From positions 110,672,001 to 110,736,000 of the forward strand of contig NC_086107.1 in NCBI RefSeq assembly GCF_963921235.1: a stretch of DNA of 64,000 bases, read 5' to 3'. The notes below the pieces were generated by a model. That model had not been told where the DNA came from and made no database searches. It worked only from the letters and a program-made list of their open reading frames with translations. The first letter of the stretch is position 1. Each line of letters begins with the position of its first letter. This DNA is from Mobula hypostoma. Taxonomy: Eukaryota. Shown one piece after another: positions 25,013 to 38,025 of this stretch. Made by a program: the position numbers and the translations under genes.

Positions 25013-26030
25013 TTTCTTTGTAAGGCTGTTCGACAAGACTGGAGGTTAGGTCGCAAACGTTTCATTACCAGATGAGGTGACATCATCAGTCTGCAATCGA
25101 GAGTGCTCGTGTTTATAATGGTTCAACTCATTCTGATTGGTTGGCTGCGGCGCTGGCCGCTAGTTTCCGCTGGGCCCCAGCCATCTGGATAGCCGACGGA
25201 TCTCCGCTGGCCCTTATCTCCGGTTGTTGTGGTGTTGGTTCCTTGGGTGTCCGTGGCTCACCCCAGACCCTGATTCCGCATCTGAAGTGACCGCAAGACC
25301 GTTCTTAACCACGTGGAATGACGGTAGCACAGAAAACCAGCACAACCATCAGAACGCTCGTCTCAAGACCCAAAAATCCAACAGCCCACATGGAGAGAAC
25401 AAACGTAATATATCTAATCCAATGTGGAGACTGCCCCAAACATGATGTAGGACAGATGGGCAGAAACTATCTATGAGGCTACGTAAACATCAACTAGCTG
25501 AAAGCTGACATGATCCTCTGTCACTTATCTCAATACATGAAGACCAAGAAGGACACAAATTCATCTGGGAAGCTACAAAAATCTTGACAGAAGCACAAAA
25601 CGAGAAATCAAGAGAATTCTTAGAAGCTTGGTTCTCAACGGAAGATTCTATTAACAAGCATATTGAACTGGACCCAATTTACAAATCTCTGCATCTGCAG
25701 GATCGGAGCTGAGGGTTGAGTCATGGACGCCCAAGGACCAATGCTCACAAGGACTGATGACCAGGGCCATGGCCAACGGTGATCACTCAGACACCCACTT
25801 GGCCGGAACCCAGCAGAGACTAGCGGCCAGCGTGACAGCCAACCAGTCAGAACAATGAGTTAGACCAATATGAACATGAGCCCTCAGCAGAAATAAAAAA
25901 ACTCAATTGTGCACAGATGATGTCACCTCGACTGGTGACGGAACGTCGGCAACCTAACCTCCAGGCTCAGCGAACAACCCTACAAGCAAGTAGCCAACCG
26001 GAGCTCCCGATCTTCCCTCTCATTCCACAA
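25013..26030 (+). mobile_element. Penelope-like element 3' part: GIY-YIG endonuclease remnant between an inverted and a direct pLTR
   Basis: ~25390-25695 translates NVIYLIQCGDCPKHDVGQMGR / LSMRLRKHQLA / SLISIHEDQEGHKF.WEATKIL...REFLEAWFS...SINKHIELDPIY. 25015-25200 and 25790-25985 are inverted; each carries a decayed hammerhead. Confidence 0.85.
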
Positions 26031-26039
26031 AAAAAGGCT

Positions 26040-26490
26040 GACAAACAACCATTGTGCTCAAGAAGACAAACTGTGCAAATGAAAAATAAATCAAACCGAG
26101 AACGTGAGTTGTAGAGTCCTTGAAAGTGAGTCTGCGGGTTGTGGAATCAGTCCAGTGTTGTGGTGAGTGAAGTTATCCACACTGGTTCAGGAGCCTGTAG
26201 GGTAATAACTGTTCCTGAACCTGGTGGTGTGGGACCTAAGGCTCCTGTACCTCCTTCCCAATGGTAGTAATGAGAAGAGAGCATGTCCTGGATGGTGGGA
26301 GCCCTTAATGATGGATGCTACTTTCTTGTGGCAGACTCTTTGGAGATGTGCTCAGTAGGTGGGAGGGCTTTTCCTATGATGAACTGGGTTGTATCCACCA
26401 CTTTCTGCAGGCTTTTCCATTCCTGGGCATTGGTGTTTCCATACCAAGCTATGGTCCAACCAGTCAGGATATCCTACACTTGCATCTATA
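26040..26490 (-). mobile_element. Rex/Babar-type LINE fragment (continuation of 24880-25012, split by the Penelope element)
   Basis: ctgttcctgaacctggtggtgtggg...ccataccaagct motifs. Confidence 0.7.
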
Positions 26491-29400
26491 GAAGTTTCTC
26501 ATTTCCTTAATGAAGTTATATAACATCTTAGGGAATTTTCTTGACTTCACCTAACCATTTTCCCCTTCACAAACATGAGAAAATCTGCTGATGCTGGAAA
26601 TCCAAAGCAACACACACAAAATGCTGGAGGAACTCAGCAGATCAGGCAGCATCTACGGTAAAGAGTGAACATTTGATGTTTCGGGCCAAGGCCCTTTATC
26701 AGGATTCATGATAGGAAATGTCCTCTCCACGTCCACTCTACATAGCCCTTTCAATATTGAATAGGTTTCAATGAGATCCCACCCCGCCAACCTTCTAAAC
26801 TCCAGAGAGTACAGGCCCAGAGCCTTCAACGTTCCTCAAATGTTAACCCTTTCATTCCTGGGATCATTCCTGTGAACCTTCTCTGGATCCTCTCTGATGC
26901 CAGTACATAATTTCTTAGATAAAGGCCCAAAACTGTTCACAATACTCCAAGTGTGGTATATATGCACTTTCAAAAGTTATTTGATGAACTGCTGATCATT
27001 GGGAGTGGAGCCCATGAAATACAATGGCAGAAGCAAACTTGGTAAAAAATCAGCTTTCCGACAGGAGACAATGAATGAGAATGAGACTGGTGGGAAAGTT
27101 CTAGGGCAAGTGCTTTCCTTATTAGAACACTCAATGGCCACTTTGTTAGGTACAGGAGATCCTCAAACATATATACACACATATAAGTTTAGCTAGGGTC
27201 CCTAAGACTTTTGCACAGCACTGCAGTAATTTTATGCACTGCATTGTACTGCTGCCACAAAAGCAAAAACAAATTTCATGAGATACGTGAGCGATGATAA
27301 ACCTGATTCTGATATGGGTCTCTGTTGTGGTCTGAGAGTGGGAAGGGGGCAGGGAGAGGGGAATCATGGTTGGGAAAAGGGGAAGAGAGAGGGGAGGGAG
27401 TGGGATGACATTCTGTAATGATCAATAAACCAATTGTTGGGAACCAAAACACCTTGTCTGGTGTCTCAGGGCTGGGTGTGTCTGCACCCACACCACACCC
27501 TGCCTCCCCTTCTCTGCAACCTGTCCCACCTCCCTCCCAAGTGCCCACCATTCCCAACATCCTTTGCTCCCAGCAGATTTACAAACTCATTCTCCGCCCC
27601 GTGTTGACAAATACAGTACTGTGCAAAGGTTTTAGCGATATATATGTGCCTAAGTCGTTTGTACAGTTATGCACATGTAGTAGGGTTTTGTTGTGGTGTG
27701 TTGATCCATGCAGACCATGCGACACAAAACAACATTCAACAATGATAAAGAATTAGATAAAAATAAAGTTAGAGTTTAAAGTATAGATATGGAATAAATA
27801 CCAGTGTGTATTTACAATGTAAATAACATTATAAAAAGTGGTGTAAAGTGTTTACAGAGCAGTGACTGATGTAATAGATAGAGGGACTGGGTGGGGCGGG
27901 TGGCTAACTAGAATGGTTAATCAGATTAACTGCTTGGGAGAAGGACTTTTAAGTTGGTGTGAAGTTTTTTGTTGTAATAGTCCTATAATGTTTTCCAGAA
28001 GAAAGCTTTTGGAAGAGGTCATTTGCTGGGGTTGGTAGCAATGGCAATGATGTCTTTTCCTGCTGCTTCTTTGTCCTGCACTAGTTCAAGCTCAGCTGGA
28101 CAATTATGTCCAGTCCAGGCCAGCATACTTTTGGGAAAATGTGAATGTTTTAGAGAGGATGTGGATTTAATGAAAACAGAGCATAGAACTTAGAACAGTA
28201 CAGCACAGGGACAGGCACTTTGGCACACAATGTTGTGATGAACGAATAAAATTAGCCATCAAATGTATAACTAAACTGATCTCTTCTGTCTGCACAGTGT
28301 CCATATTTTTCAATTTTCCTCACATTCATGCGCCTATCTAAAGGTTCTTTAAACATCTCCAATGTTTCTGCCTCTACCATCACCCCATGCAGCGTAATCC
28401 AGGCACCCACCACTCTCTGTGTGAAAAACTTGCCCCTCACATCTCCGCCCGGTCCGCTGGAGCTGACTTCGAATGCTAGGACAGGCATGGGAGGTATAAA
28501 GAATGAAATACACAGGAGTTTGGTATTTTCACATCAGGATGGGACTGGCTGGGTTATTTTGACACTGATCCAGTACTGACTCATTGGGCCAAGAGGCCTG
28601 CCTCTGGGCTGTAGCTGTTTGGCAATTCCATGATTTCAACTTATCTCTAATTGTGCTCTTGATGTCAATCATATTTTTTATTGCTCTATCCCGCTGAAAT
28701 TTCCTTGAATCCAAGCATTTAGGAGCATATCCCTTCCTCTTAACTTCCTGAATAATTGTCCGAATCCTTCAAACCTCCTCGATTAGATAGTTAGAATAGA
28801 CCAGCCATTACTGCACAGTACTATCCTTCTACAGGTCCTGATGAAGGGTCTCATCCTGAAACATCGAAAGTTTATTCCTCTTCATAGATGCTGTCTGACC
28901 TGCTGAGTTCCTCCAGCATTTTGTGTGTTGCTCTGGATTTCCAGCATCTTCTGCATCTGCTAAAGTCTTTTTGTGCGGGTCCTTCAGACCATGATGTTGT
29001 GCCTGCAGTATATTCCATATTTCAGTACTATTAATATATTGTTTCATTAAGCATTCTTTGTCTGTTTATATAATTCAGTATGGGCGGTACGTAAGAAGTA
29101 TGTGAGTAACACACTTCATTACATCACCACGTCATGTGTGAGCACCTCACTGAAAGAAGCAAAACTAAGTAGATATGAATCCCGGCTCCCCTGTTTTTCT
29201 TTTGCTTAGTTTCTGGAGTTACAAAACATAACAGTGGCCATGAGTAAGTCTTAAAACAAACCCGAGATGACTACCTACCTGTTGAAGTGGAGCACGTTTT
29301 TCTTCAGAAGGGAAGAGAGGCATCCAAGTTAAAAAAAAAAGGCAGAAAATAGACAAAGTTAACAAGCAGCATACAGAGTTTATAAACAGTGAGTGCCAGG

Positions 29401-32400
29401 TGATAATAATACTTAATTAAAAAAGCAGAAATGGCTGGTTACATTGGAAAGATTGATGCGTTCGATTGCACAGCAGATAACTAGATTATGTGCATTGAGC
29501 AGTATGTTGAAGCAAAAAAAAAAGCTGATGAAACACAAGTACTGGTGTTGCTGAGTGTAATGGGTGGAAAAGCATAGAGTTTGCTTATAAGTTTACCTGC
29601 TCCAACTAAACCAGCTGAAATGAGCTTTGCTAATATTGTGCAAGGAATGCAGGGACATTTAGAACTGAAACCATTGTTGGTTGCAGAACGCTTTAGGTTT
29701 CATAAGTGGAGGGGAGTTCATTTCAGCTTACATGGCTGAATAGAAGAAATTGTATGAACATTGTCAGGTCAGTGATAGGCATAATGATACACTAGGAGAT
29801 CATTTAGTGTGGGGCATCTTACAAGAAAACATTCAGAAACATCTCCTAACTCACATTTAAAAGAGCAGTTGAAATTGCTGTATCAATGGAAACAGCAGCC
29901 AGGAATGAAAGTGAGCATGAACAAACCTGCAATGTCTAAACAAAAACTTGCCTGGTCGAACAACTTGTGTTACCATTGTGGGAGGGGCTCACTATACCAG
30001 ACCATGCAGATTTAATCGCAAAACTTGCATAAAATGCAACAGTTTAGGTCACATGCAAAGAGCATAATAAATGGACTGCACAGTGAAGGGAAAAAGATGA
30101 AAAGTCATATTGCAGTTGCAAAAGGAGCACTAATCTGCATGCTGTTGATGAGAAGTCTGATAATGATGAGAGTGACACAAGACTGAGTAGTCTTGAGATT
30201 TACAACGTGAAAACTAACAAGAGATTAATAATATGGCTTACACCAGAAGTGAATGGAAAATTAATTAAAATGGAATTGGACTCTGGCTTGGCAGTTTCAG
30301 TCATTCCACAAAAAGAAATAATAAGGCATTTCAAAGATGCTAAACTGAAGCCTGCAGGTGTTCAACTAAGAACTTATACCAAAGAAAAGATGACTCTTGT
30401 GGGAATAACATTCGTAACAGTGAAATATAACAACCAACAAGCCATACTGGGCTTGTATCTGGTAAAAACTGAAGGATCAGCATTACGGGGCTATGATTAG
30501 CTGACACAACTACAACTTGCTTGGAGATCCATCCACCATTTGCATACCGCATTCCCTGCAATAGAGTGAACTGAAAGTGAATTAAGAAGGTACTGGATGA
30601 TGCTACAGCAGTGTTCAAGGATGGCATTGGAAAACTCAATCATATCAAGGGTAAAATAGTGTTAAATGAAAATGCCTCACCCACATTTTACAAAGCCCAT
30701 CCGGTTCCTTATACTGTCCATGATAAAGTAGCCAGTGAGCTAGATCACATAGCTGAATGAATTCCTTCCAAAGTTGAGGGGAGTCCATGGACAATGGAAT
30801 ATCTCTGCAAACCTTTCTGGAGGGAAACATTTCAGCAAAGTGGACTTAGCTGAGGCCTACCTACAGATGGAGATGGAAGATGAGTCCAAAGTGTTTCTCA
30901 CCATAAACACTCAGTATATTGCTATAGTAGGCTTATTTTTGGAGTAGCATCTGCACCTGCACTCTGGCAAAAAGCTATGGACCAGGTACTGCAAGGCTGA
31001 CCAGGCACTCAGTGTTACCCAGATGACATCATTATTGCCAGCGAGGATGACAAGGAACATCTCCAAAATCCCAAGACAGTGTTAAAAAGATTAGAGGATT
31101 ATGGGCTCAGATCATAACATGGCGAGTGTGATTCTTTAAACCAAGCATCACTTACTGTGGTCACACTATTGGTGTACAAGGATTACGCAAGTGTGCTGAG
31201 AAAATTTGAGCAGTGGTGGATACGCCGAGACCAAAGGACGTGTCAAAGTTGGAGTCCCTTTAGAACTTGTCAATTGCTATAACAGGTTCCTGCCAAACCT
31301 GGCTGCTGTGCTCCAACCCTTGAACTCATTACTACATATGGGGAGGAAATGGCAATGGACAAAGCAGTGTGAGGTGGCTTCCTGAAAGACAAATGAAATG
31401 GTGAGGTCAGACACTGTGCGCACACATCATGATCCACATCATCCAGTGAAACTTGCCTGTGATGCTTCACCTTTTGGTATAGGTGCAGTTCCGTCACAAG
31501 TTATGTGCGATGGAAGTGAACGTCCCGGAGCCTTGGCATCACATTCCCTTACTGCTGCAGAGAAAAATTGCACACAGATTCATAGGGAGACCTTCAAACT
31601 TGTGTGGGAGAGAGTTTACTCTCTTCACTGATCATCAGCCACTGGTGTCCATTTTCAGTCCACAGAAGTGTGCTCCACGAAGAGCAGTAGCACAAGTGCA
31701 GAGCTGGGCCCTGTTCCTAGGAGGACACAATTACAAGTTCACATTCAAGAGGAGAACTAATCCTGGAAGTGCTGATAGATTGTCCCTTTTACCCTTGGAA
31801 AAGGAAATACCTGAAAAATTCACGAAAGAGGACACTCCTCTCGATGTGTTCTCCTTAAGGCAAATCAAAAATAAAAAATCTTCCTGTTATGGCAGAGATG
31901 ATCCAAAGGGAAACTAGGAAAAGGCCCCACACTGTCTCAGGTCTACTTGGCAACCCAAAATGGCTGGAACGTGCAGCAGAAATTCCATTTCCCCCATTTT
32001 ACCAATGCCGGGGTGAATTTGCCCTTGACAGGGGTTGCCCTATATTGTGGATTGAGTGTCCTTGTACCATCCAAGCTAAAGTATTGGTGGAGCTTCATGC
32101 TGGTTATCTAGGCATGGCCAAAAAGAAAATATTGGCTTGGAGCTTTGCCTGGTGGCCTGGGATAGATCAGCAGATCGAGCAGCTTGCCATGCACTGTTTG
32201 GGATGTCAGCACGTCCAGAAGATGCCAAGAGCAGTATCCCTCTAGCCCTGGAAATGGCCTGCATTGCCCGGCAGAGGATTTGTTTGGATTTTGCTGGACC
32301 ATTCATGTCCTCAAATTTCTTGGTAGTCATGGATGCAGCTACAAAGTGGCCTGAAGTGTTCCCAATAGCCTCCACGACAGCCTCGCACACTGTTGATGTC

Positions 32401-32639
32401 CTGAGAAGCCTCTTCTCAAGGACTGGTGTTCCAGAGCACTTAGTCAGTGACAATGGACCACCGTTTGTTGTGGAACATTTCAGTCAGTCCTGAAAATAAA
32501 TGTAATTAGATGTATTACATCTGCATTGTATCACCCAGCTACAAATGGCTTGGCGGATAGGTTTGTCCAGACTCTCAAGAACGCACTGTGAGTAATGTTA
32601 GCAGAACACACTGCGCTGACACTGAATCAGAAGCTCACC

Positions 32640-33290
32640 AAGAAGCGCCTTTACTTCCTGAGAAAACTAAAGAAATTTGGCCTGTCCCCTAAAACCCTCA
32701 CTAATTTTTATAGGTGCACCGTAGAAAGCATTCTTCTAGGGTGCATCACAACCTGGTATGGAAGTTGTCCTGTCCAAGACCAGAAGAGGCTGCAGAAGAT
32801 TGTGAACACAGCCCAGTACATCACACAAACCAATCTTCTGTCCGTGGACTCACTTTACACCCCACGCTGTCGGAGCAGTGCTGCCAGGATAATCAAGGAC
32901 ACGACCCACCCAGCCAACACAGTCTTCGTCCCTCTTCCCTCCGGGAGAAGGCTCAGGAGCTTGAAGACTCGTACAGCCAGACTTAGGAACAGCTTCTTTC
33001 CAACTGTGATAAGACTGCTGAATGGATCCTGACCTGGATCTGGGCCGTACCCTCCAAATATCTGACCTGCCTCTCGGTTTTTTTGCACTACCTTACTTCC
33101 CATTTTTCTATTTTCTATTTATGATTTATAATTTAAATTTTTAATATTTACTAATTTTTACTATTTTTAATATTTATAATATGTAATATTTGTTATCCAG
33201 GGAGTGTGAAGCGCAGAATCAAATATCGCTACAATGATTGTACGTTCTAGTATCAATTTTTGGCGATAATAAAGTATAAAGTATAAAGTA
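32640..33290 (+). mobile_element. Young Rex/Babar-type LINE 3' fragment inserted into the Gypsy integrase
   Basis: KRLYFLRKLKKFGLSPKTLTNFYRCTVESILLGCITTWYG...LPSGRRLRSL...RLRNSFFP; (AAAGTAT)3 tail; the integrase frame resumes (LLAYR) afterwards. Confidence 0.9.
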
Positions 33291-33933
33291 TATCCTCCTT
33301 GCATACCGCAGTGCAGCACACTCCACATCCAACAAGTCACCAGCTATGCTGTTCCTGGGTCGTCCCCTGTGCTCGCGCTTGGATCTCCTCATACCCTGTC
33401 TCAGGAGGTGTGTGCAGGATCAAGCAGCTGAGACAAATTGAAAACTCCTCAAACAAGGAGGTTCGATGTTTCACTCCTGGACAAGCAGTCCTGGCGAGAG
33501 ACTACAGAGGTGATCAAAAGTGGGTTTAATGAAAGATTAAGGACGGAACTGGACCACTTTCCTACACAGTGGAGATTGCATCTGATGTCATCTGGAGACA
33601 ACACATTGATCAGTTGAGGAGATCAGAGTTAATTGTTGGAGAAGAAAGGAGTCCAGAGCTGTCAGAACCACTTCCTGCAGTCCCAGAGTCAACTCCTACA
33701 ACCACCAGGGAGGAGGCCCCAGAACCTGAGATTGTTTCACAGCCACAAGTCCCACCTACTAGGCAGAGTGACCTCACTTGTCAGGAAAGGCGTTGTCCCA
33801 CAAGAGTAAGAAATTGTCCACTGCGATTAAATCCTGAATGGAACAATTTAAAATTTACTGTGCTGTAGATGTCTATATAGTAGTTGCATTATTTGATTAA
33901 GCATTCTTTGTTTACATAATTCATTATGGGTTA

Positions 33934-34231
33934 TTTTAGGCATCCGCTAGTCTTGCGAGACCGTGGATCTGCGCCTGGAAAGTCTTCACTCTCCAGGGCG
34001 CGGTTGTATGGAAGACCAGCAGTTGCCCATGCTGCGAGTCTCCCCTCTCCACGACACCGATGTTGTCCAAGGGAAGGGCATCAGGACCCATACAGTTTGG
34101 CACCAGTGTCGTCGCAGAGCAATGTGTGATTAAGTGCCTTGCTCAAGGACACAACACGCTGCCTCGGCTGGGGCTCGAACTCACGAACTTCAGGTCGCTA
34201 GTCCAATGCCTTAACCACTTGGCCACGTGCC
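33934..34231 (-). mobile_element. Full-length tRNA-derived SINE in the Gypsy 3' LTR
   Basis: 12-bp TSD CATTATGGGTTA (33922-33 / 34232-43); A-box TGGCCAAGTGG, B-box GTTCGAGCC, short A tail. Confidence 0.88.
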
Positions 34232-34243
34232 CATTATGGGTTA

Positions 34244-34492
34244 CTTTATGTTTTACAACCTCAGAGCATTAAACTAATTCAGAGAAACTCAGGGGAGTCC
34301 GAAACGTGGCATGTTGAAGTTCACTTTAAGCGAGGCACACCTGTATCACGAGGTGGCGTGATGACATAAGCATTTAAAGCATTTTTATATATGACCCGTA
34401 ATTAAATATTCAAAAGAACTGGAATGTTCAATCAACCACTATATGTATATATGCAGAATTACTCAAATATAACAAATATTAAGTACACAACA
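34244..34492 (-). mobile_element. Solo LTR of a related Gypsy family inserted antisense in the 3' LTR
   Basis: 5-bp TSD GGTTA (34239-43 / 34493-97); the reverse complement starts TGTTGTG and aligns to 28995-29233. Confidence 0.75.
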
Positions 34493-35179
34493 GGTTATAT
34501 GTAAGAAATACGTGAATGGCACATATCAGTACGCCACCATGTCTCACTAAAAGAAGAAAAACGAAATAGTTACAAATTCCAGATCTCATGTTTTTTTAAT
34601 TAGTTTCTAGAGTTACAAACATAACAGTGTTGACCACTCAAACGACTGTAAGATCAATCTAACCCTTCCCTCCTCCATAGCCCTCCATTTTTCTGTCATC
34701 TCTGTGCCTATCTAAGAGTTTGTTAAATGCCCCTAATGTGTCTGGCTCGACCAAACCCTGGCAGTGCGTTCTATGAACCTCTGCGTGAAGAACTCACTTC
34801 TGGCATTCTCCCTAAGATTTCCTCAAATGATATTAGATTTATACTCCCTTGTATTATCCATCTGAATTTCCTCCTTGAATACCTTCCACAGAGTCTCATC
34901 TCAGCCTCCTAAACTGGCCGTGTAACAAAAATTATTTTAAAATTTGCTGTGTGTTCTTTTCTGATCCAGCAGGATGAAGTATTCGCAAACAAAGGAGACA
35001 TGGTACACATGTTGAAGGCCACAAGAATTCACTTTATTAGAGTTATATAATGCACATAATACAGGGAGAAATACAAATAATTTGCTGAGGTAATAATACA
35101 GAAAACAAAATAGTACTTAACATCCATTTAATGAGCTAATCTGTGCCATGCTGGAGGGAACCGCAGATCCCACTACCTC

Positions 35180-35620
35180 TCACGCAGCTTTTTCTCTCTC
35201 TTGCTTTCTCTCTCCCTCTCTCTTCCCCCCTCCACTCCTCTCTCTCTCTCTTTCTTCCCCTCTCCCTCCCTCCCTCCCTCTCTCCCCTCTCTCTTTCCCC
35301 CTCTCTTCCCCCTCCCCTCTCTCTTTTCTTTCCCTCCCTTTATCTCACCCTCTCTCTCCCCCACTTTCCCCCTTCTCTCACTTTCCCCCCTCTCTCCATT
35401 CCCCAGTCTCTCTCTTCCCCTCACTCTCTCTTCACCTCCTCTCTTCCCCTCTCTCCTGTCTTCTCTCTCTCTTCCCCCCACTCTCTCTCTTTCTCCCCTC
35501 TTTCTCTCTGCCCTCTCTCCATCCTTCTCTCTCCTCACTCTCTCCCCTCCCTCTTCCACCTCTTTCTCTCTCCCCCCTTTCTCTTTCTCTCTCCTTCCTC
35601 CACTCTCTCTCTTTCTATCA
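35180..35620. repeat. CT-rich polypyrimidine low-complexity tract
   Basis: ~440 bp almost entirely C/T. Confidence 0.95.
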
Positions 35621-36539
35621 GTGTCCTTGATGCTATCTCCAACTCTTGACACGAGCACTAGTTGTGTGAAGAAACTTGCCCCTTTTATATCCTTCAAGGC
35701 CCCTTTTATCTCTCGCAACTTTCAGCCTAGACACACGCAACTTAGAGATCGAGCCAGCAGGAGCGGGGGTAAACATTGTTCACCGGTATCTAATCTTAAT
35801 GGTGCATGTTCAAAATAAAGCAACAATATTGGTCAATAAGTAGGTAAACAGGCTATTACCACATTCCAAACTGACACCATTTTGACTTTCAAACCTCCAT
35901 TTTATTTTATTTTAAACAGGCCATTACCACATTCCAAACTGACACCATTTTGTCTTACAAACCTCCATTTTATTTTATTTGGAGTTAAAGCACAGAACAG
36001 GACCTTCTGGCATTTCGAGCCGTGCTGCCCAGCAACCCACTGATTTAACCCCAGCCTAATCATGGGATCACTTACGGTGACCAACTAACCTACTAACCGA
36101 TATGTCTTTGGACTGTGGGAGGGAACTGGAGTAGCTGGAGATAAAACACGCACACACATGGGAAAGAGCGAACAAACTTGCTTACAGAGGACGCCGGAAC
36201 CGAAAAGAATCCAAGTGTACAGACGGACATAGTCTAGGGGATATTTCTGATGGAATAGAAATATATTGCGCATGGTAGCCAAGCATTTGCTGATACCCTG
36301 AGGTCTGGACGATTGAACAAGTTTGCATCCTTCAATTCAAGATTCAAGATTAAAGATTGCTTAATGTAATTTCCTGTACACAAGTGTAAAGGGGAACAAA
36401 ACCACAAAAAAGACACAAAAGATTAAGAACTCAATAATAATAATAATAAAACACAATAAATATTAATACATTATTCACATAGAATGGTTGTATGTCCATA
36501 CAATGATGCTAGGCACAGGAGTGTCTGTACATAAGGTGA

Positions 36540-36900
36540 CTGACTGACTTACTTACTGTCCATTACACCGCTGGTGTTTAGGGCAGCAATGAAGGTCCTC
36601 CATCTCTGGGGGTGTTCAGGGCTTCCTTCATCGTGTCAGTAGCTTCCCCTCGGTTTTCACTACTGTCAGTCATGCAAGTCCCAGGTGGAGACTCAGGAAA
36701 ACCGTCACACACTCAGATGTAGGATTCTTCATTACTGTTTCTGTAACAGTGTTTTTCATTTGACCAGTCAGGGCTGAACCTCCGAAGCTGGATGACCGGT
36801 GGACCACTCTTAGTCTGGCCTCTACCCTTTGACCTGTTTGGCATGGGTGACCCTACCAAGAGCCAAAGCATAAATCCTTGACTCCAGCCAACACAGCTCA
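36540..36900 (-). mobile_element. Non-autonomous RTE-derived (Expander/Rex3-like) element
   Basis: Reverse complement has ggtagggtcacccatgccaaacaggtc (RTE 5'UTR-like) joined to an RTE-like 3' end with a (TAAG)n tail. Confidence 0.55.
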
Positions 36901-37114
36901 ATTCCCGTCGCTGCCTGTGAGCGGTTTCAACGTTCTCTCCGTGACCGCGTGGGTTTCCTCCAGGTGCTCTGGTTTCCTCCCACAGTCCAAAGACCTACCA
37001 GTTGGTCGGTTAACTTATCATTGTAAATTGTCCCGTGATTAGGGTAGGGTTAAATTGCTGCATGGCGTGGCTCGAAGGGCTGGAAGGATCTATTCTGCGC
37101 TGTATCCCAATTCT

Positions 37115-37525
37115 AACTGGCTGCATCACCGTCTGGTATTGAGGGGCCGCAGCACAGGATTGCAAAAGCTACAGAAAGTTGGAAACTCATTCTGCTCCAT
37201 CATGGGCACCAGCCTCCCCTCCACCGAGGACATCTTCAAAAGGCGATGTCTCAAAAAGTTGGCATCCATCGTTGAGGACCCCCATCACCCCTTTCTCATT
37301 ACTACCATCAGAGGGAGGTCTAGGAGCCTGAAGACACACACTCAACGTTTCAAGAACAGCTTCTTCCCCTCCGCCATCATATTTATGAATGGACCATAAA
37401 CCCACAAACACTACCTCAGTGGCTTTGCTCTCTTTCTGCACTACTCAACTTAATTTTTAAGATATATTTCTTTTTATCATTTATAATTAAAAAAAATCAT
37501 CAGTGATATTAAACCCGATTCCGAA
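37115..37525 (+). mobile_element. Rex/Babar-type LINE 3' fragment
   Basis: IMGTSLPSTEDIFKRRCLKK.ASI..DPHHP...TQRFKNSFFPSAI. Confidence 0.8.
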
Positions 37526-38025
37526 TCCTCTCCATTGATGTTCAAGCAACATTACTGTTTTGAGACGGGCATCTTATTCCTATGGCATTAATTCGTGGTT
37601 CAAGATTACTTCAGACTTCTGACGGAAAGGCACAGGGGTGTCACTGAGGCAAATGGAGCTGCATTAAACACTGCTAAAGCAGTGTGTTGTCACCAATCCA
37701 TCAACGCTCTTTCTCATTCTGAACATGTCAGGAAGGAGGAACTCTGTAATGAAGGCATATGTTATGCCGCTGTCAGGACTGCAGAGAGTGATCACTGGCG
37801 TACGGCTTTCTGATTATCTTTAGTGGGACACGCACCTTTTTAAAAATCTCTTATTGTGATGGATAACGTTTATTTCTTACAATTGATAAATTATGATTAA
37901 AATTGAATAGTCATCTTAGCTGGAAAGAATTGTTCACAGTTTGTTGTCTTTTACCTACAAATATAGGATTAGAGATGAACGGTGCAGATTCTCAATGTTA
38001 CAGTATCGTTTGGACTGCCCTCATT

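Larger units (their letters stand above)
28995..34626 (+). mobile_element. Decayed Gypsy/Ty3 LTR retrotransposon (Mag-like), gag-PR-RT-RH-IN
   Basis: 5' LTR 28995-29233 (TGTTGTG...CATAACA), then a decayed PBS gtggccatgag (cf. TGGCGACGAG, tRNA-Ser). gag MAGYIGKIDAFD at ~29431 with two CCHC-like knuckles; protease [35 protein letters not shown]; RNase H ACDASPFGIGAV; integrase WWPGID, DFAGPF, VSDNGP. 3' LTR remnant 33890-34626. Many stops and frameshifts; no clear TSD. Confidence 0.92.

Noticed and set aside
28830..28950. Additional functional hammerheads in single Penelope remnants (also ~560-640, 10185-10220, 26680-26710, 47690-47740, 48885-48915)
   Set aside because: Core or stem I positions are mutated; treated as decayed copies.
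34150..34231. tRNA gene
   Set aside because: A/B boxes belong to a SINE head with body, tail and TSD; no complete acceptor stem. The same applies to 61215.
28990..34631. TSD for the full Gypsy element
   Set aside because: Flanks CATGA and GTGTT do not match; the 5' junction overlaps host CR1 microhomology.
35143..35818. Ser/Leu/Pro- and Arg/Glu/Gly-rich ORFs
   Set aside because: Translation of a CT low-complexity tract.
36800..36900. HDV-like ribozyme at the 5' end of the RTE-derived element
   Set aside because: Such ribozymes are known in RTE 5' UTRs, but I could not assign the nested double-pseudoknot by eye.
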